This document shows positions 22,105 to 33,462 of a stretch of DNA of 64,000 nucleotides, piece by piece (within the stretch, counting starts at the first letter, position 1; every line of letters begins with the position of its first letter). Position numbers and translations under genes: made by a program. Location of the stretch: NCBI GenBank assembly GCA_964016885.1, contig OZ024743.1:63550001-63614000 (forward strand). Direction: 5' to 3'. Below the pieces are notes generated by a model that was given only the letters and a program-made list of their open reading frames with translations, did no database searches and was not told the origin of the DNA. The stretch is from Eledone cirrhosa (lineage: Eukaryota).

Positions 22105-24204
22105 TTACCGTACTTTTGGTAGAGGAGGGATGGTTTTTACATCCCTTTTCACTTGATCGTCTGGTGAAGGGACCGTTGAATCGTCCCTTCGGCTGGTCGT
22201 CGGCTCTTCTAAGAGAATGTCTGAGTATACTCTTCGATTGATGGTTCCTCCTAGGTCCCTGAAATCACCAACTGCGTTGGGGAATTTCGTTTTAATATTT
22301 GTGTATTGTTTCTGTGCTATTTTTAGCAGTCTTATGTTAGTTGGCGTTTTGATTGGTGCTGGTATTATGTAGTCCTGTTGTGAAATGTCTGTGTGTTCAA
22401 TTATGTAAGTCATTAGTTTCTTGTTGTGTGTATTTATTGCCGTGCATTTGTTTTTCTGGGGGTGGGGTGTGGTTCTGCTATTTTCTTGTCGTTGTTGCTG
22501 GGTGTGTGTGTTTTGTTGTTGTGTTTGCGATGTTGGTGCTTGTGGTGGTGGTGTTGAAGGTGTTGTTGGCGGTGGGGTTGTCGCCGGTGGTGATGGTGGC
22601 GCTAGTGTGGGTGGTGATGGTGTTGGTGTTGTTGCTGCTGTGGGTCTCTTTGCAGTAGACCTTACCCTTTTCTCATTTCTTTCCTCACTTTTCAAAGGCG
22701 ACGATGCGCTGCTTCTGCGTTTGTGCCTTCTTACGACCTTTTGCCATCTCTCTCCCACCTCACACTCCATGTCTGATTCTGTGAGGTCGGGGAGGGGTAC
22801 CAACTCCACTCTTTCACTTGTTGTTGTTGGTGATGTTTGCACTGGAGTCTCTGTTGCAGCTGCATTTGGTATTGCTGTTGTTGTTGTTAGTATTTCCACT
22901 GCTGCTGCTGTTTTTGATTTCCGTGGAGTGGGTATGGGTGCCACGGGCCTATCGTTCCTGGTTGCCGCTTGTCCTGTTGCTGGTAGCCGTGGAGCCGGAT
23001 TCGGAAGGAGGGGGGTTTTCTCCTTTCTCAGGGTCTTCTCGTTGCAGAAGGCCCTGAGGTGAGTCTTCGATCCACAGCGAAAGCATTTCGGGCGTTTGCC
23101 CTCAACACTTATGGGCAGTTGAGTGCCGTTATCGAAGTCTATCACATCCGGGATAGCTTCGATGCACTCCTGGTTGGTTTGGATTAGCATCTCAATGGAG
23201 GAGCCGACCCAATCTTCTCTTACTTTTTTCTGTACTTGCAGTACAGTTGTTTTGTCCTCGATTCCGACGAGGACAGACGCGGCCAGCCAAGAAGGGGTCA
23301 TTCCGGGGGGGACGTGGGTCAGTTTGACCCTCACAATTTTTTGCCCGCAGTAGGAGGGCACCAACACCATTTCCTCGCTCCTTAGGGTCACTACTGATTG
23401 GGCCTTTGCCTCCTGGGGTGTGGCAAAAAGTACGTCTACGGTGGCGTATTTTTTGCCTCGGGTGATGTGCGTTTTCCTCTGCCACACAGACCCCAAGGCT
23501 TTTTGTATTTGGGCCTCTGTGGCTCTTTCCACCCTACGGGATTTTGTACTTACTGTACGGTACGTGACCGTACAGTGCTCTTGGGTTTCGAAAAAATTTT
23601 TCGCTGCCTTGCAGATTGCTCGGTGTCCGTTCTTTGTCACCATCTTCTTCGCTTCCTCTAATTCCTCATTTGTTATGAGGATTGTTTCCAGGTTTTTCGC
23701 AATACCTGCAAATGAGATTGGTTTTTCTCTGCTGTTGTTGTTGTCGTCGTCAGAGCTGCTGGTACTTTTGTTGTTGCTGCAGGTACTACGACTACTGCCT
23801 CCGCCGCTGTTGCTGTGGTTGTTGTTGGTGTTGCTGCTGCTAATGCTGTTGTTGTTTATGCTGCTGGTGATGCTGTTGCGGCTGCTACTGTTGTTTTCAT
23901 TGTCACTGTTGCTGTTGTTATTACGGCTGCTACTGCTATTATTCCTGACGTCAGACGAATGAACTGGGTTTTCGTATTTCCCGCACACCTGTTTCGTCGC
24001 TGTCGTCGTCGTCGTGGAGAAACCTTGCACGCTTTGCACGAGACTTTTCTTTTCTTTCGTCGCTTGCGAAAGAGAAGGGAGGGAGAGAGACACATTTAAA
24101 GAAGGGAGGGAGAGAGACAATCTTCTCTCTGATGTAGTGATGATTGAGGAAGAAGAAGACGGAATGAGTGGGAGTGACGTATGAAATTTCTTTTTCGTAG
24201 CCAT
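22105..24204 (-). CDS. ORF1p, 699 aa (copy 2)
   Basis: Translation matches copy 1. Confidence 0.92.
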   Translation of the reverse strand: MATKKKFHTSLPLIPSSSSSIITTSERRLSLSLPSLNVSLSLPSLSQATKEKKSLVQSVQGFSTTTTTATKQVCGKYENPVHSSDVRNNSSSSRNNNSNSDNENNSSSRNSITSSINNNSISSSNTNNNHSNSGGGSSRSTCSNNKSTSSSDDDNNNSREKPISFAGIAKNLETILITNEELEEAKKMVTKNGHRAICKAAKNFFETQEHCTVTYRTVSTKSRRVERATEAQIQKALGSVWQRKTHITRGKKYATVDVLFATPQEAKAQSVVTLRSEEMVLVPSYCGQKIVRVKLTHVPPGMTPSWLAASVLVGIEDKTTVLQVQKKVREDWVGSSIEMLIQTNQECIEAIPDVIDFDNGTQLPISVEGKRPKCFRCGSKTHLRAFCNEKTLRKEKTPLLPNPAPRLPATGQAATRNDRPVAPIPTPRKSKTAAAVEILTTTTAIPNAAATETPVQTSPTTTSERVELVPLPDLTESDMECEVGERWQKVVRRHKRRSSASSPLKSEERNEKRVRSTAKRPTAATTPTPSPPTLAPPSPPATTPPPTTPSTPPPQAPTSQTQQQNTHTQQQRQENSRTTPHPQKNKCTAINTHNKKLMTYIIEHTDISQQDYIIPAPIKTPTNIRLLKIAQKQYTNIKTKFPNAVGDFRDLGGTINRRVYSDILLEEPTTSRRDDSTVPSPDDQVKRDVKTIPPLPKVR

Positions 24205-24705
24205 GTTTTTTTGTTTAAAATGAAATTTTGGGTACAAAACCCCAATAACTGGTTATTTAACCCCGAAGGGCCAAATAACGGACAGAAAGACCCCTCTCAC
24301 GAGGAGGAGGGTGTCTTTATCAACAATTTGGTTCAAGTTTTAAACAATTTACAATTGTTTTAACGGTTAAAAATTACTATACCTTACAGAGCCGAGCCTC
24401 CGTCAACCATGGCATTCAATAATAATAATAATAATAATAATGATTTCTTTATTAACCACAAGGGTTTACATAAAGTAGACATTAAGGACAGTGCAGGACA
24501 ATGCAGGACGGTACAAATGGGCATTTCTGCGTGTAAAAAAAAACAAAAACAGAGGATGTAACAAAAATAACAATGAAAATAACAATGAAAAATTCCCCAA
24601 TAGGGGGGAGACTTCGGAGGGACATTTGTGGAGAAAGCCCAGTAAAAAGCCACAATGACCCTGACCACCAAGGCAAGTGCCCTCTCCCAGTTTTCCACCT
24701 TTAGT

Positions 24706-27700
24706 TTACAGATATATACTCAGAGTCGGCCCATTCACTCGGGCCATTCTTGCTTCTCTCACCCATCTTTCAACAAAATGCTGGGAAGAGAGCACTTCCT
24801 TCTCTACTCTGATTTTCCTTTTCAAATGAAATTTGAAAAAGTCAATCAGAGCATCACCGAAGAGGTAAGTGCTCGTCTTCAGCCCTTTCAAACGTGTCCA
24901 CCATACTATCTCTTTCGCCATGGCCACCAGACAGATAAAAACTGCCTGCCCTTCCCGGCTAAAGGAGGAGGGCGGGGCAATCCTCACGATAGACTCAGAT
25001 GATAGCTGGATCCGTCCTAAACGCGACAGCAGGTGTTCGACATAAACCCACAAGTCAGCAATTTTCGGACACTGGACGAGTGCGTGCAGGACGGTTTCGT
25101 CGCCCTGCGCGCATCTCGGACATGCCCGGCTGACGGCACCTCCATGCCTGTAGAGTTTATCCCGAACTGGCAAGGCTCCTCGGTAGCACTGCCAGGCCAG
25201 AGATTTCTGGAAGTTGTCCATAGGCCCCGGCCCGAAAGTTCTTCCGAAGAGATTGGCTAGTTGATTTTCGTCGACGCCTAGAGTTTCCCCAAGTACGTCG
25301 TCGCTCTTCCCCTCCACTAATCCTCTATAGAACGCCGAGGTGGAGTTTCCACCGATCACATTGCCCGATTGGTCGAGGGCTGTGAGCGCCTGAAGACATT
25401 CCAGTCTCCAGGCGCTCCCTCTCGGTCTTCGCTTGACCCAGGACTGCAGCTCCGTCAAGGAAACGAGCTGGGGAAAAACGCGTCTAGCAAACGGCGACCA
25501 CACCTGATCACCGTCGAGGAAGAGGTGGAGATGTCGTAGCCTGAGCGCGTGCCTGCGCATCATCAGCCACGGCATGCCCAGCCCTCCACGTAGCGGGTGT
25601 TGACAACAGATGGACCGCCTGACCATCGGAGCACGTCCCTTCCACAAAAAGCGAAAGAGCAAACGCTCCAGCGCAGTCAGGCGAGGCTTAGGACAAGGTA
25701 CGACGGTTAGGCGGTAGCAGATGACAGACGCGATGTACGCGTTAGCCACCTCCGCTCGACCTTTCAGGGATAGCTTCCTCTCCGCCCATTTCTGGGTGAG
25801 AGAAGCCACCCTGCTCGTCACCTCGTCCCAGTTTTTGTCCGTCTGGAGGTCCGGACCGAACCAGACCCCTAGCAATTTAACCGGTCCGTCCGTCCAGCGC
25901 CCGACGACGCTGTTGGACGGCATGGACCTGCCTCTCCAGGTGCCGAGCTGCAGGCCCACTGACTTTTCCTGGTTGATCATTGCTCCTGTCACCGCTTCGT
26001 ATTCTCTTAGTGTAGTGCCGATCGCCTCGATGTGTTTGGCGTTCGACACCACTACGGTGACATCGTCCGCATATGCTGACACGGATCTTCCGCATCCTAG
26101 TTCGCGCGGGACTCCCCTCAACGTCTCCAGTTTGTGCAGTAATGGCTCGAGAGTCAATACGTACAAGAGGGACGAGAGGGGACATCCTTGGCGGACCGAG
26201 CGCATGATGTTGAACGGTTCCGACAGGTGACCGTTCACTCTCACCACAGAGCAGATGTCGCTGTGCATGGCAGCGATCCAGCCTCTGAAGACGGGCCCAA
26301 AGCCAGCCGCCCTCAGGACTGCCGCTAGGTAACGATGGTCGACCCTATCGAAAGCTTTCGACTGATCTAAATTGATCAAGGACCCACCCGTGCCAGGTTC
26401 CCTAGCTACCCTCTCTACGATGTATCGCATGAGGTGGAGGTTGTCGTGGATGGATCTGTCGGGAATGGCGCATGTCTGCGCCTCTCCCACCAGACCACCA
26501 ACGACAAGCGCCAACCTCTTTGCTAGCACCTTGGCCAAAATCTTAAACTCTGTGTTTAGCAGAGTTATGGGCCGGAAATTGTCTATGTTATCCCCCTTGT
26601 TCGGATCCTTTCTCAGCAGTGCCACCGCTCCTCGGCTCACAGAACTGGGAATTCTCCCGTTCTGTTGCCAGTTGCAGTAGACGTCCGCCAAGAGGCCTCC
26701 GAACAAGTCTGGCATCTGTACGTAAAGTTCATAGGGCAGACCATCCAAACCAGGCGATTTACCCCTTGTGCAGCCAGTCATTGCCTCCCGTACTTCAGCG
26801 GCTGTTATCGGCTTTTCGCAACACTTCGCCTCAGTGGCCGAGAGCCGCGGCAGTCCGTCGAGGTAGACACTAAAGTCCATCCCTCTACCCGGCCCCCCGC
26901 TGCCCCCGAACAGCTGAGCGAAGTGTCGCTGAAAAGCTTCACACATTTGCCCGGGATCGAGTAGCATGCGCCCGTCGTGGTCCACCAAAGACCGGATCGT
27001 GGCTTTGTTGCCACGACGCGCCTCCGCCACTCGGGCCCATTGAACGGCTTTCGTCCCCTCGTGTCTGAGAGCACGCACCCTAGCTCTGACAACGCAGCCT
27101 TCGTGCTTTGCATTGAAGAATTGGTCAAGGGCCAATTTCGCCGCAAGCACGTCGGTCGCAATGCCTTTGCTAAGCGCCTCGTCTAATTTTCTAACTAGTT
27201 CTCCCTCTGCTCTATTTTTCTCTATTGCTAAAGCCTTACTAAACCTAATCGATTCTATTCTAATCGCTCTTTTCAGAGCAAACCACCACTTGTTGTTGAC
27301 GATGGCCCCCGTCAACGCCCGCTTAACTAGTTCGCTAATCCGGTCTCTGTAGGCCTTGCGCGCTGGTAAGGACGCGTTTAGCTTCCAGTAGCCGGGTCCT
27401 CGTCTATGAAGCCTATCTAAGTCAAGCACACAGATCACGAATTTGTGGTCCGTGTAGCTGACTATCTTGAATTGTGGACAGCCTATGCTAGACCTATCTA
27501 TTTCCCTACAAAATACTCTATCTAGATATGATCTGGATGACCCTATGCGGTTTGTCCAAGTCCACATTGGCACATTCGGGAAATCCAATCGGTACCTGTC
27601 AGACAGTTCAAAACGCCTGAGCAGGTTGGTGAGGCTCTTGCACCCTCCACCCCTATCCGCTAATCCCACACAGTCCCAGCGTGCATCTAAGATCCCGTTC

Positions 27701-28125
27701 CAGTCGCCCACTAACACTAAAGAGCGGGACGTTCCAAGAAAGGTCTCCAGACGCCGGAAGAAATCAGGCCGCCCTGCTCCTGTCGGGGCATAGACGGCCA
27801 CTAGCCTGAAAGCTTGCCCGTCTCCGCTGGTCACGTCCAGCACCACCAGCTTACCCTCTGGGTCCAGGAAGATGGCCCGTATGGCGAGATCCAAACCTCT
27901 CCGAAAAAGCACAGCAACTCCTCCACCCGATCCAGGACGGCTGGGAGATGCGTACACATCGTAGCCGCCGAAGATCGGTGCGAAGGCCCGTGCTTCGGAG
28001 ATTCTGGTCTCGCTGATGGCCACTACATCTATGTTTAGTGACCTGAGGTCGTTGAGCAGGTGACCCTGTTTCCATGACGACCCCAAGCCACGCGCATTTA
28101 TGCTGCCTATTCTGAGTGAGGTCAT
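24706..28125 (-). CDS. ORF2p, 1139 aa (copy 3)
   Basis: Intact open frame with all APE/RT/CCHC motifs. Confidence 0.93.
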   Translation of the reverse strand: MTSLRIGSINARGLGSSWKQGHLLNDLRSLNIDVVAISETRISEARAFAPIFGGYDVYASPSRPGSGGGVAVLFRRGLDLAIRAIFLDPEGKLVVLDVTSGDGQAFRLVAVYAPTGAGRPDFFRRLETFLGTSRSLVLVGDWNGILDARWDCVGLADRGGGCKSLTNLLRRFELSDRYRLDFPNVPMWTWTNRIGSSRSYLDRVFCREIDRSSIGCPQFKIVSYTDHKFVICVLDLDRLHRRGPGYWKLNASLPARKAYRDRISELVKRALTGAIVNNKWWFALKRAIRIESIRFSKALAIEKNRAEGELVRKLDEALSKGIATDVLAAKLALDQFFNAKHEGCVVRARVRALRHEGTKAVQWARVAEARRGNKATIRSLVDHDGRMLLDPGQMCEAFQRHFAQLFGGSGGPGRGMDFSVYLDGLPRLSATEAKCCEKPITAAEVREAMTGCTRGKSPGLDGLPYELYVQMPDLFGGLLADVYCNWQQNGRIPSSVSRGAVALLRKDPNKGDNIDNFRPITLLNTEFKILAKVLAKRLALVVGGLVGEAQTCAIPDRSIHDNLHLMRYIVERVAREPGTGGSLINLDQSKAFDRVDHRYLAAVLRAAGFGPVFRGWIAAMHSDICSVVRVNGHLSEPFNIMRSVRQGCPLSSLLYVLTLEPLLHKLETLRGVPRELGCGRSVSAYADDVTVVVSNAKHIEAIGTTLREYEAVTGAMINQEKSVGLQLGTWRGRSMPSNSVVGRWTDGPVKLLGVWFGPDLQTDKNWDEVTSRVASLTQKWAERKLSLKGRAEVANAYIASVICYRLTVVPCPKPRLTALERLLFRFLWKGRAPMVRRSICCQHPLRGGLGMPWLMMRRHALRLRHLHLFLDGDQVWSPFARRVFPQLVSLTELQSWVKRRPRGSAWRLECLQALTALDQSGNVIGGNSTSAFYRGLVEGKSDDVLGETLGVDENQLANLFGRTFGPGPMDNFQKSLAWQCYRGALPVRDKLYRHGGAVSRACPRCAQGDETVLHALVQCPKIADLWVYVEHLLSRLGRIQLSSESIVRIAPPSSFSREGQAVFICLVAMAKEIVWWTRLKGLKTSTYLFGDALIDFFKFHLKRKIRVEKEVLSSQHFVERWVREARMARVNGPTLSIYL

Positions 28126-28159
28126 GTTTAAATAGAGTGGAAAAGATGGGAAAGACCAC

Positions 28160-29733
28160 TTACCGTACTTTTGGTAGAGGAGGGATGGTTTTTACATCCC
28201 TTTTCACTTGATCGTCTGGTGAAGGGACCGTTGAATCGTCCCTTCGGCTGGTCGTCGGCTCTTCTAAGAGAATGTCTGAATATACTCTTCGATTGATGGT
28301 TCCTCCTAGGTCCCTGAAATCACCAACTGCGTTGGGGAATTTCGTTTTAATGTTTGTGTATTGTTTCTGTGCTATTTTTAGCAGTCTTATGTTAGTTGGC
28401 GTTTTGATTGGTGCTGGTATTATGTAGTCCTGTTGTGAAATGTCTGTGTGTTCAATTATGTAAGTCATTAGTTTCTTGTTGTGTGTGTTTATTGCCGTGC
28501 ATTTGTTTTTCTGGGGGTGGGGTGTGGTTCTGCTATTTTCTTGTCGTTGTTGCTGGGTGTGTGTGTTTTGTTGTTGTGTTTGCGATGTTGGTGCTTGTGG
28601 TGGTGGTGTTGAAGGTGTTGTTGGCGGTGGGGTTGTCGCCGGTGGTGATGGTGGTGCTGGTGTGGGTGGTGATGGTGTTGGTGGTGTTGCTGCTGTGGGT
28701 CTCTTTGCAGTAGACTTTACCCTTTTCTCATTTCTTTCCTCCCTTTTCAAAGGCGACGATGCGCTGCTTCTGCGTTTGTGCCTTCTTGCGACCTTTTGCC
28801 ATCCCTCTCCCACCTCACACTCCATGTCTGATTCTGTAAGGTCGGGGAGGGGTACCAGCTCCACTCTTTCACTTGTTGTTGTTGGTGATGTTTGCACTGG
28901 AGTCTCTGTTGCAGCTGCATTTGGTATTGCTGTTGTTGTTGTTAATATTTCCACTGCTGCTGCTGTCTTTGATTTCCGTGGAGTGGGTATGGGTGCCACG
29001 GACCTATCGTTCCTGGTTGCCTCTTGTCCTGTTGCTGGTAGCCGTGGAGCCGGATTCGGAAGGAGGGGGGTTTTCTCCTTTCTCAGGGTCTTCTCGTTGC
29101 AGAAGGCCCTGAGGTGAGTCTTCGATCCACAGCGAAAGCATTTCGGGCGTTTGCCCTCAACACTTATGGGCAGTTGAGTGCCGTTATCGAAGTCTATCAC
29201 ATCCGGGATAGCTTCGATGCACTCCTGGTTGGTTTGGATTAGCATCTCAATGGAGGAGCCGACCCAATCTTCTCTTACTTTTTTCTGTACTTGCAGTACA
29301 GTTGTTTTGTCCTCGATTCCGACGAGGACAGACGCGGCCAGCCAAGAAGGGGTCATTCCGGGGGGGACGTGGGTCAGTTTGACCCTCACAATTTTTTGCC
29401 CGCAGTAGGAGGGCACCAACACCATTTCCTCGCTCCTTAGGGTCACTACTGATTGGGCCTTTGCCTCCTGGGGTGTGGCAAAAAGTACGTCTACGGTGGC
29501 GTATTTTTTGCCTCGGGTGATGTGCGTTTTCCTCTGCCACACAGACCCCAAGGCTTTTTGTATTTGGGCCTCTGTGGCTCTTTCCACCCTACGGGATTTT
29601 GTACTTACTGTACGGTACGTGACCGTACAGTGCTCTTGGGTTTCGAAAAAATTTTTCGCTGCCTTGCAGATTGCTCGGTGTCCGTTCTTTGTCACCATCT
29701 TCTTCGCTTCCTCTAATTCCTCATTTGTTATGA
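28160..29733 (-). pseudogene. ORF1, N-terminally truncated (copy 3)
   Basis: Begins at ITNEELEE; lacks the ATG and 5' UTR. Confidence 0.88.
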
Positions 29734-30007
29734 TAATAATAATAATGATTTCTTTATTAACCACAAGGGTTTACATAAAGTAGACATTAAGGACAGTGCA
29801 GGACAATGCAGGACGGTACAAATGGGCATTTCTGCGTGTAAAAAACAAAAACAGAGGATGTAACAAAAATAACAATGAAAATAACAATGAAAAATTCCCC
29901 AATAGGGGGGAGACTTCGGAGGGACATTTGTGGTGAAAGCCCAGTAAAAAGCCACAATGACCCTGACCACCAAGGCAAGTGCCCTCTCCCAGTTTTCCAC
30001 CTTTAAT

Positions 30008-33000
30008 TTACAGATATATACTCAGAGTAGGCCCATTCACTCGGGCCATTCTTGCTTCTCTCACCCATCTTTCAACAAAATGCTGGGAAGAGAGCACTTC
30101 CCTCTCTACTCTGATTTTCCTTTTCAAATGAAATTTGAAAAAGTCAATGAGAGCATCACCGAAGAGGTAAGTGCTCGTCTTCAGCCCTTTCAAACGTGTC
30201 CACCATACTATCTCTTTCACCATGGCCACCAGGCAGATAAAAACTGCCTGCCCTTCCCGGCTAAAGGAGGAGGGCGGGGCAATCCTCACGATGGACTCAG
30301 ATGATAGCCGGATCCGTCCTAAACGCGACAGCAGGTGTTCGACATAAACCCACAAGTCAGCAATTTTCGGACACTGGACGAGTGCGTGCAGGACGGTTTC
30401 GTCGCCCTGCGCGCATCTCGGACATGCCCGGCTGACGGCACCTCCATGCCTGTAGAGTTTATCCCGAACTGGCAAGGCTCCTCGGTAGCACTGCCAGGCC
30501 AGAGATTTCTGGAAGTTGTCCATAGGCCCTGGCCCGAAAGTTCTTCCGAAGAGATTGGCTAGTTGATTTTCGTCGACGCCTAGAGTTTCCCCAAGTACGT
30601 CGTCGCTCTTCCCCTCCACTAATCCTCTATAGAACGCCGAGGTGGAGTTTCCACCGATCACATTACCCGATTGGTCGAGGGCTGTGAGCGCCTGAAGACA
30701 TTCCAGTCTCCAGGCGCTCCCTCTCGGTCTTCGCTTGACCCAGGACTGCAGCTCCGTCAAGGAAACGAGCTGGGGAAAAACGCGTCTAGCAAACGGCGAC
30801 CACACCTGATCACCGTCGAGGAAGAGGTGGAGATGTCGTAGCCTGAGCGCGTGCCTGCGCATCATCAGCCACGGCATGCCCAGCCCTCCACGTAGCGGGT
30901 GTTGACAACAGATGGACCGCCTGACCATCGGAGCACGTCCCTTCCACAAAAAGCGAAAGAGCAAACGCTCCAGCGCAGTCAGGCGAGGCTTAGGACAAGG
31001 TACGACGGTTAGGCGGTAGCAGATGACAGACGCGATGTACGCGTTAGCCACCTCCGCTCGACCTTTCAGGGATAGCTTCCTCTCCGCCCATTTCTGGGTG
31101 AGAGAAGCCACCCTGCTCGTCACCTCGTCCCAGTTTTTGTCCGTCTGGAGGTCCGGACCGAACCAGACCCCTAGCAATTTAACCGGTCCGTCTGTCCAGC
31201 GCCCGACGACGCTGTTGGACGGCATGGACCTGCCTCTCCAGGTGCCGAGCTGCAGGCCCACTGACTTTTCCTGGTTGATCATTGCTCCTGTCACCGCTTC
31301 GTATTCTCTTAGTGTAGTGCCGATCGCCTCGATGTGTTTGGCGTTCGACACCACTACGGTGACATCGTCCGCATATGCTGACACGGATCTTCCGCATCCT
31401 AGTTCGCGCGGGACTCCCCTCAACGTCTCCAGTTTGTGCAGTAATGGCTCGAGAGTCAATACGTACAAGAGGGACGAGAGGGGACATCCTTGGCGGACCG
31501 AGCGCATGATGTTGAACGGTTCCGACAGGTGACCGTTCACTCTCACCACAGAGCAGATGTCGCTGTGCATGGCAGCGATCCAGCCTCTGAAGACGGGCCC
31601 AAAGCCAGCCGCCCTCAGGACTGCCGCTAGGTAACGATGGTCGACCCTATCGAAAGCTTTCGACTGATCTAAATTGATCAAGGACCCACCCGTGCCAGGT
31701 TCCCTAGCTACCCTCTCTACGATGTATCGCATGAGGTGGAGGTTGTCGTGGATGGATCTGTCGGGAATGGCGCATGTCTGCGCCTCTCCCACCAGACCAC
31801 CAACGACAAGCGCCAACCTCTTTGCTAGCACCTTGGCCAAAATCTTAAACTCTGTGTTTAGCAGAGTTATGGGCCGGAAATTGTCTATGTTATCCCCCTT
31901 GTTCGGATCCTTTCTCAGCAGTGCCACCGCTCCTCGGCTCACAGAACTGGGAATTCTCCCGTTCTGTTGCCAGTTGCAGTAGACGTCCGCCAAGAGGCCT
32001 CCGAACAAGTCTGGCATCTGTACGTAAAGTTCATAGGGCAGACCATCCAAACCAGGCGATTTACCCCTTGTGCAGCCAGTCATTGCCTCCCGTACTTCAG
32101 CGGCTGTTATCGGCTTTTCGCAACACTTCGCCTCAGTGGCCGAGAGCCGCGGCAGTCCGTCGAGGTAGACACTAAAGTCCATCCCTCTACCCGGCCCCCC
32201 GCTGCCCCCGAACAGCTGAGCGAAGTGTCGCTGAAAAGCTTCACACATTTGCCCGGGATCGAGTAGCATGCGCCCGTCGTGGTCCACCAAAGACCGGATC
32301 GTGGCTTTGTTACCACGACGCGCCTCCGCCACTCGGGCCCATTGAACGGCTTTCGTTCCCTCGTGTCTGAGAGCACGCACCCTAGCTCTGACAACGCAGC
32401 CTTCGTGCTTTGCATTGAAGAATTGGTCAAGGGCCAATTTCGCCGCAAGCACGTCGGTCGCAATGCCTTTGCTAAGCGCCTCGTCTAATTTTCTAACTAG
32501 TTCTCCCTCTGCTCTATTTTTCTCTATTGCTAAAGCCTTACTAAACCTAATCGATTCTATTCTGATCGCTCTTTTCAGAGCAAACCACCACTTGTTGTTG
32601 ACGATGGCTCCCGTCAACGCCCGCTTAACTAGTTCGCTAATCCGGTCTCTGTAGGCCTTGCGCGCTGGTAAGGACGCGTTTAGCTTCCAGTAGCCGGGTC
32701 CTCGTCTATGAAGCCTATCTAAGTCAAGCACACAGGTCACGAATTTGTGGTCCGTGTAGCTGACTATCTTGAATTGTGGACAGCCTATGCTAGACCTATC
32801 TATTTCCCTACAAAATACTCTATCTAGATATGATCTGGATGACCCTATGCGGTTTGTCCAAGTCCACATTGGCACATTCGGGAAATCCAATCGGTACCTG
32901 TCAGACAGTTCAAAACGCCTGAGCAGGTTGGTGAGGCTCTTGCACCCTCCACCCCTATCCGCTAATCCCACACAGTCCCAGCGTGCATCTAAGATCCCGT

Positions 33001-33427
33001 TCCAGTCGCCCACTAACACTAAAGAGCGGGACGTTCCAAGAAAGGTCTCCAGACGCCGGAAGAAATCAGGCCGCCCTGCTCCTGTCGGGGCATAGACGGC
33101 CACTAGCCTGAAAGCTTGCCCGTCTCCGCTGGTCACGTCCAGCACCACCAGCTTACCCTCTGGGTCCAGGAAGATGGCCCGTATGGCGAGATCCAAACCT
33201 CTCCGAAAAAGCACAGCAACTCCTCCACCCGATCCAGGACGGCTGGGAGATGCGTACACATCGTAGCCGGCGAAGATCGGTGCGAAGGCCCGTGCCTCGG
33301 AGATTCTGGTCTCGCTGATGGCCACTACATCTATGTTTAGTGACCTGAGGTCGTTGAGCAGGTGACCCTGCTTCCATGACGACCCCAAGCCACGCGCATT
33401 TATGCTGCCTATTCTGAGTGAGGTCAT
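30008..33427 (-). CDS. ORF2p, 1139 aa (copy 4)
   Basis: Intact; private residues FAGY, FVTC, RIRL, AMVK, VERE. Confidence 0.94.
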   Translation of the reverse strand: MTSLRIGSINARGLGSSWKQGHLLNDLRSLNIDVVAISETRISEARAFAPIFAGYDVYASPSRPGSGGGVAVLFRRGLDLAIRAIFLDPEGKLVVLDVTSGDGQAFRLVAVYAPTGAGRPDFFRRLETFLGTSRSLVLVGDWNGILDARWDCVGLADRGGGCKSLTNLLRRFELSDRYRLDFPNVPMWTWTNRIGSSRSYLDRVFCREIDRSSIGCPQFKIVSYTDHKFVTCVLDLDRLHRRGPGYWKLNASLPARKAYRDRISELVKRALTGAIVNNKWWFALKRAIRIESIRFSKALAIEKNRAEGELVRKLDEALSKGIATDVLAAKLALDQFFNAKHEGCVVRARVRALRHEGTKAVQWARVAEARRGNKATIRSLVDHDGRMLLDPGQMCEAFQRHFAQLFGGSGGPGRGMDFSVYLDGLPRLSATEAKCCEKPITAAEVREAMTGCTRGKSPGLDGLPYELYVQMPDLFGGLLADVYCNWQQNGRIPSSVSRGAVALLRKDPNKGDNIDNFRPITLLNTEFKILAKVLAKRLALVVGGLVGEAQTCAIPDRSIHDNLHLMRYIVERVAREPGTGGSLINLDQSKAFDRVDHRYLAAVLRAAGFGPVFRGWIAAMHSDICSVVRVNGHLSEPFNIMRSVRQGCPLSSLLYVLTLEPLLHKLETLRGVPRELGCGRSVSAYADDVTVVVSNAKHIEAIGTTLREYEAVTGAMINQEKSVGLQLGTWRGRSMPSNSVVGRWTDGPVKLLGVWFGPDLQTDKNWDEVTSRVASLTQKWAERKLSLKGRAEVANAYIASVICYRLTVVPCPKPRLTALERLLFRFLWKGRAPMVRRSICCQHPLRGGLGMPWLMMRRHALRLRHLHLFLDGDQVWSPFARRVFPQLVSLTELQSWVKRRPRGSAWRLECLQALTALDQSGNVIGGNSTSAFYRGLVEGKSDDVLGETLGVDENQLANLFGRTFGPGPMDNFQKSLAWQCYRGALPVRDKLYRHGGAVSRACPRCAQGDETVLHALVQCPKIADLWVYVEHLLSRLGRIRLSSESIVRIAPPSSFSREGQAVFICLVAMVKEIVWWTRLKGLKTSTYLFGDALIDFFKFHLKRKIRVEREVLSSQHFVERWVREARMARVNGPTLSIYL

Positions 33428-33462
33428 GTTTAAAATAGAGTGGAAAAGATGGGAAAGACCAC

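Larger units (their letters stand above)
18386..24417 (-). mobile_element. Tx1/L1-clade LINE young copy 2, full length (6032 bp)
   Basis: Repeat of copy 1 at 6056-bp period; (AAT)8 on both sides. Confidence 0.95.
24442..29733 (-). mobile_element. Tx1/L1-clade LINE young copy 3, 5'-truncated by about 740 bp
   Basis: Sequence stops inside ORF1 at TCATTTGTTATGA and joins TAATAATAATAAT (29734-29746). Confidence 0.95.

Noticed and set aside
29734-29764. 534-aa ORF MVNKEIIIIII... as a novel fusion protein
   Set aside because: The start is GTG in the 3' end of copy 4, reading through the ATT spacer into truncated ORF1; chance in-frame junction.
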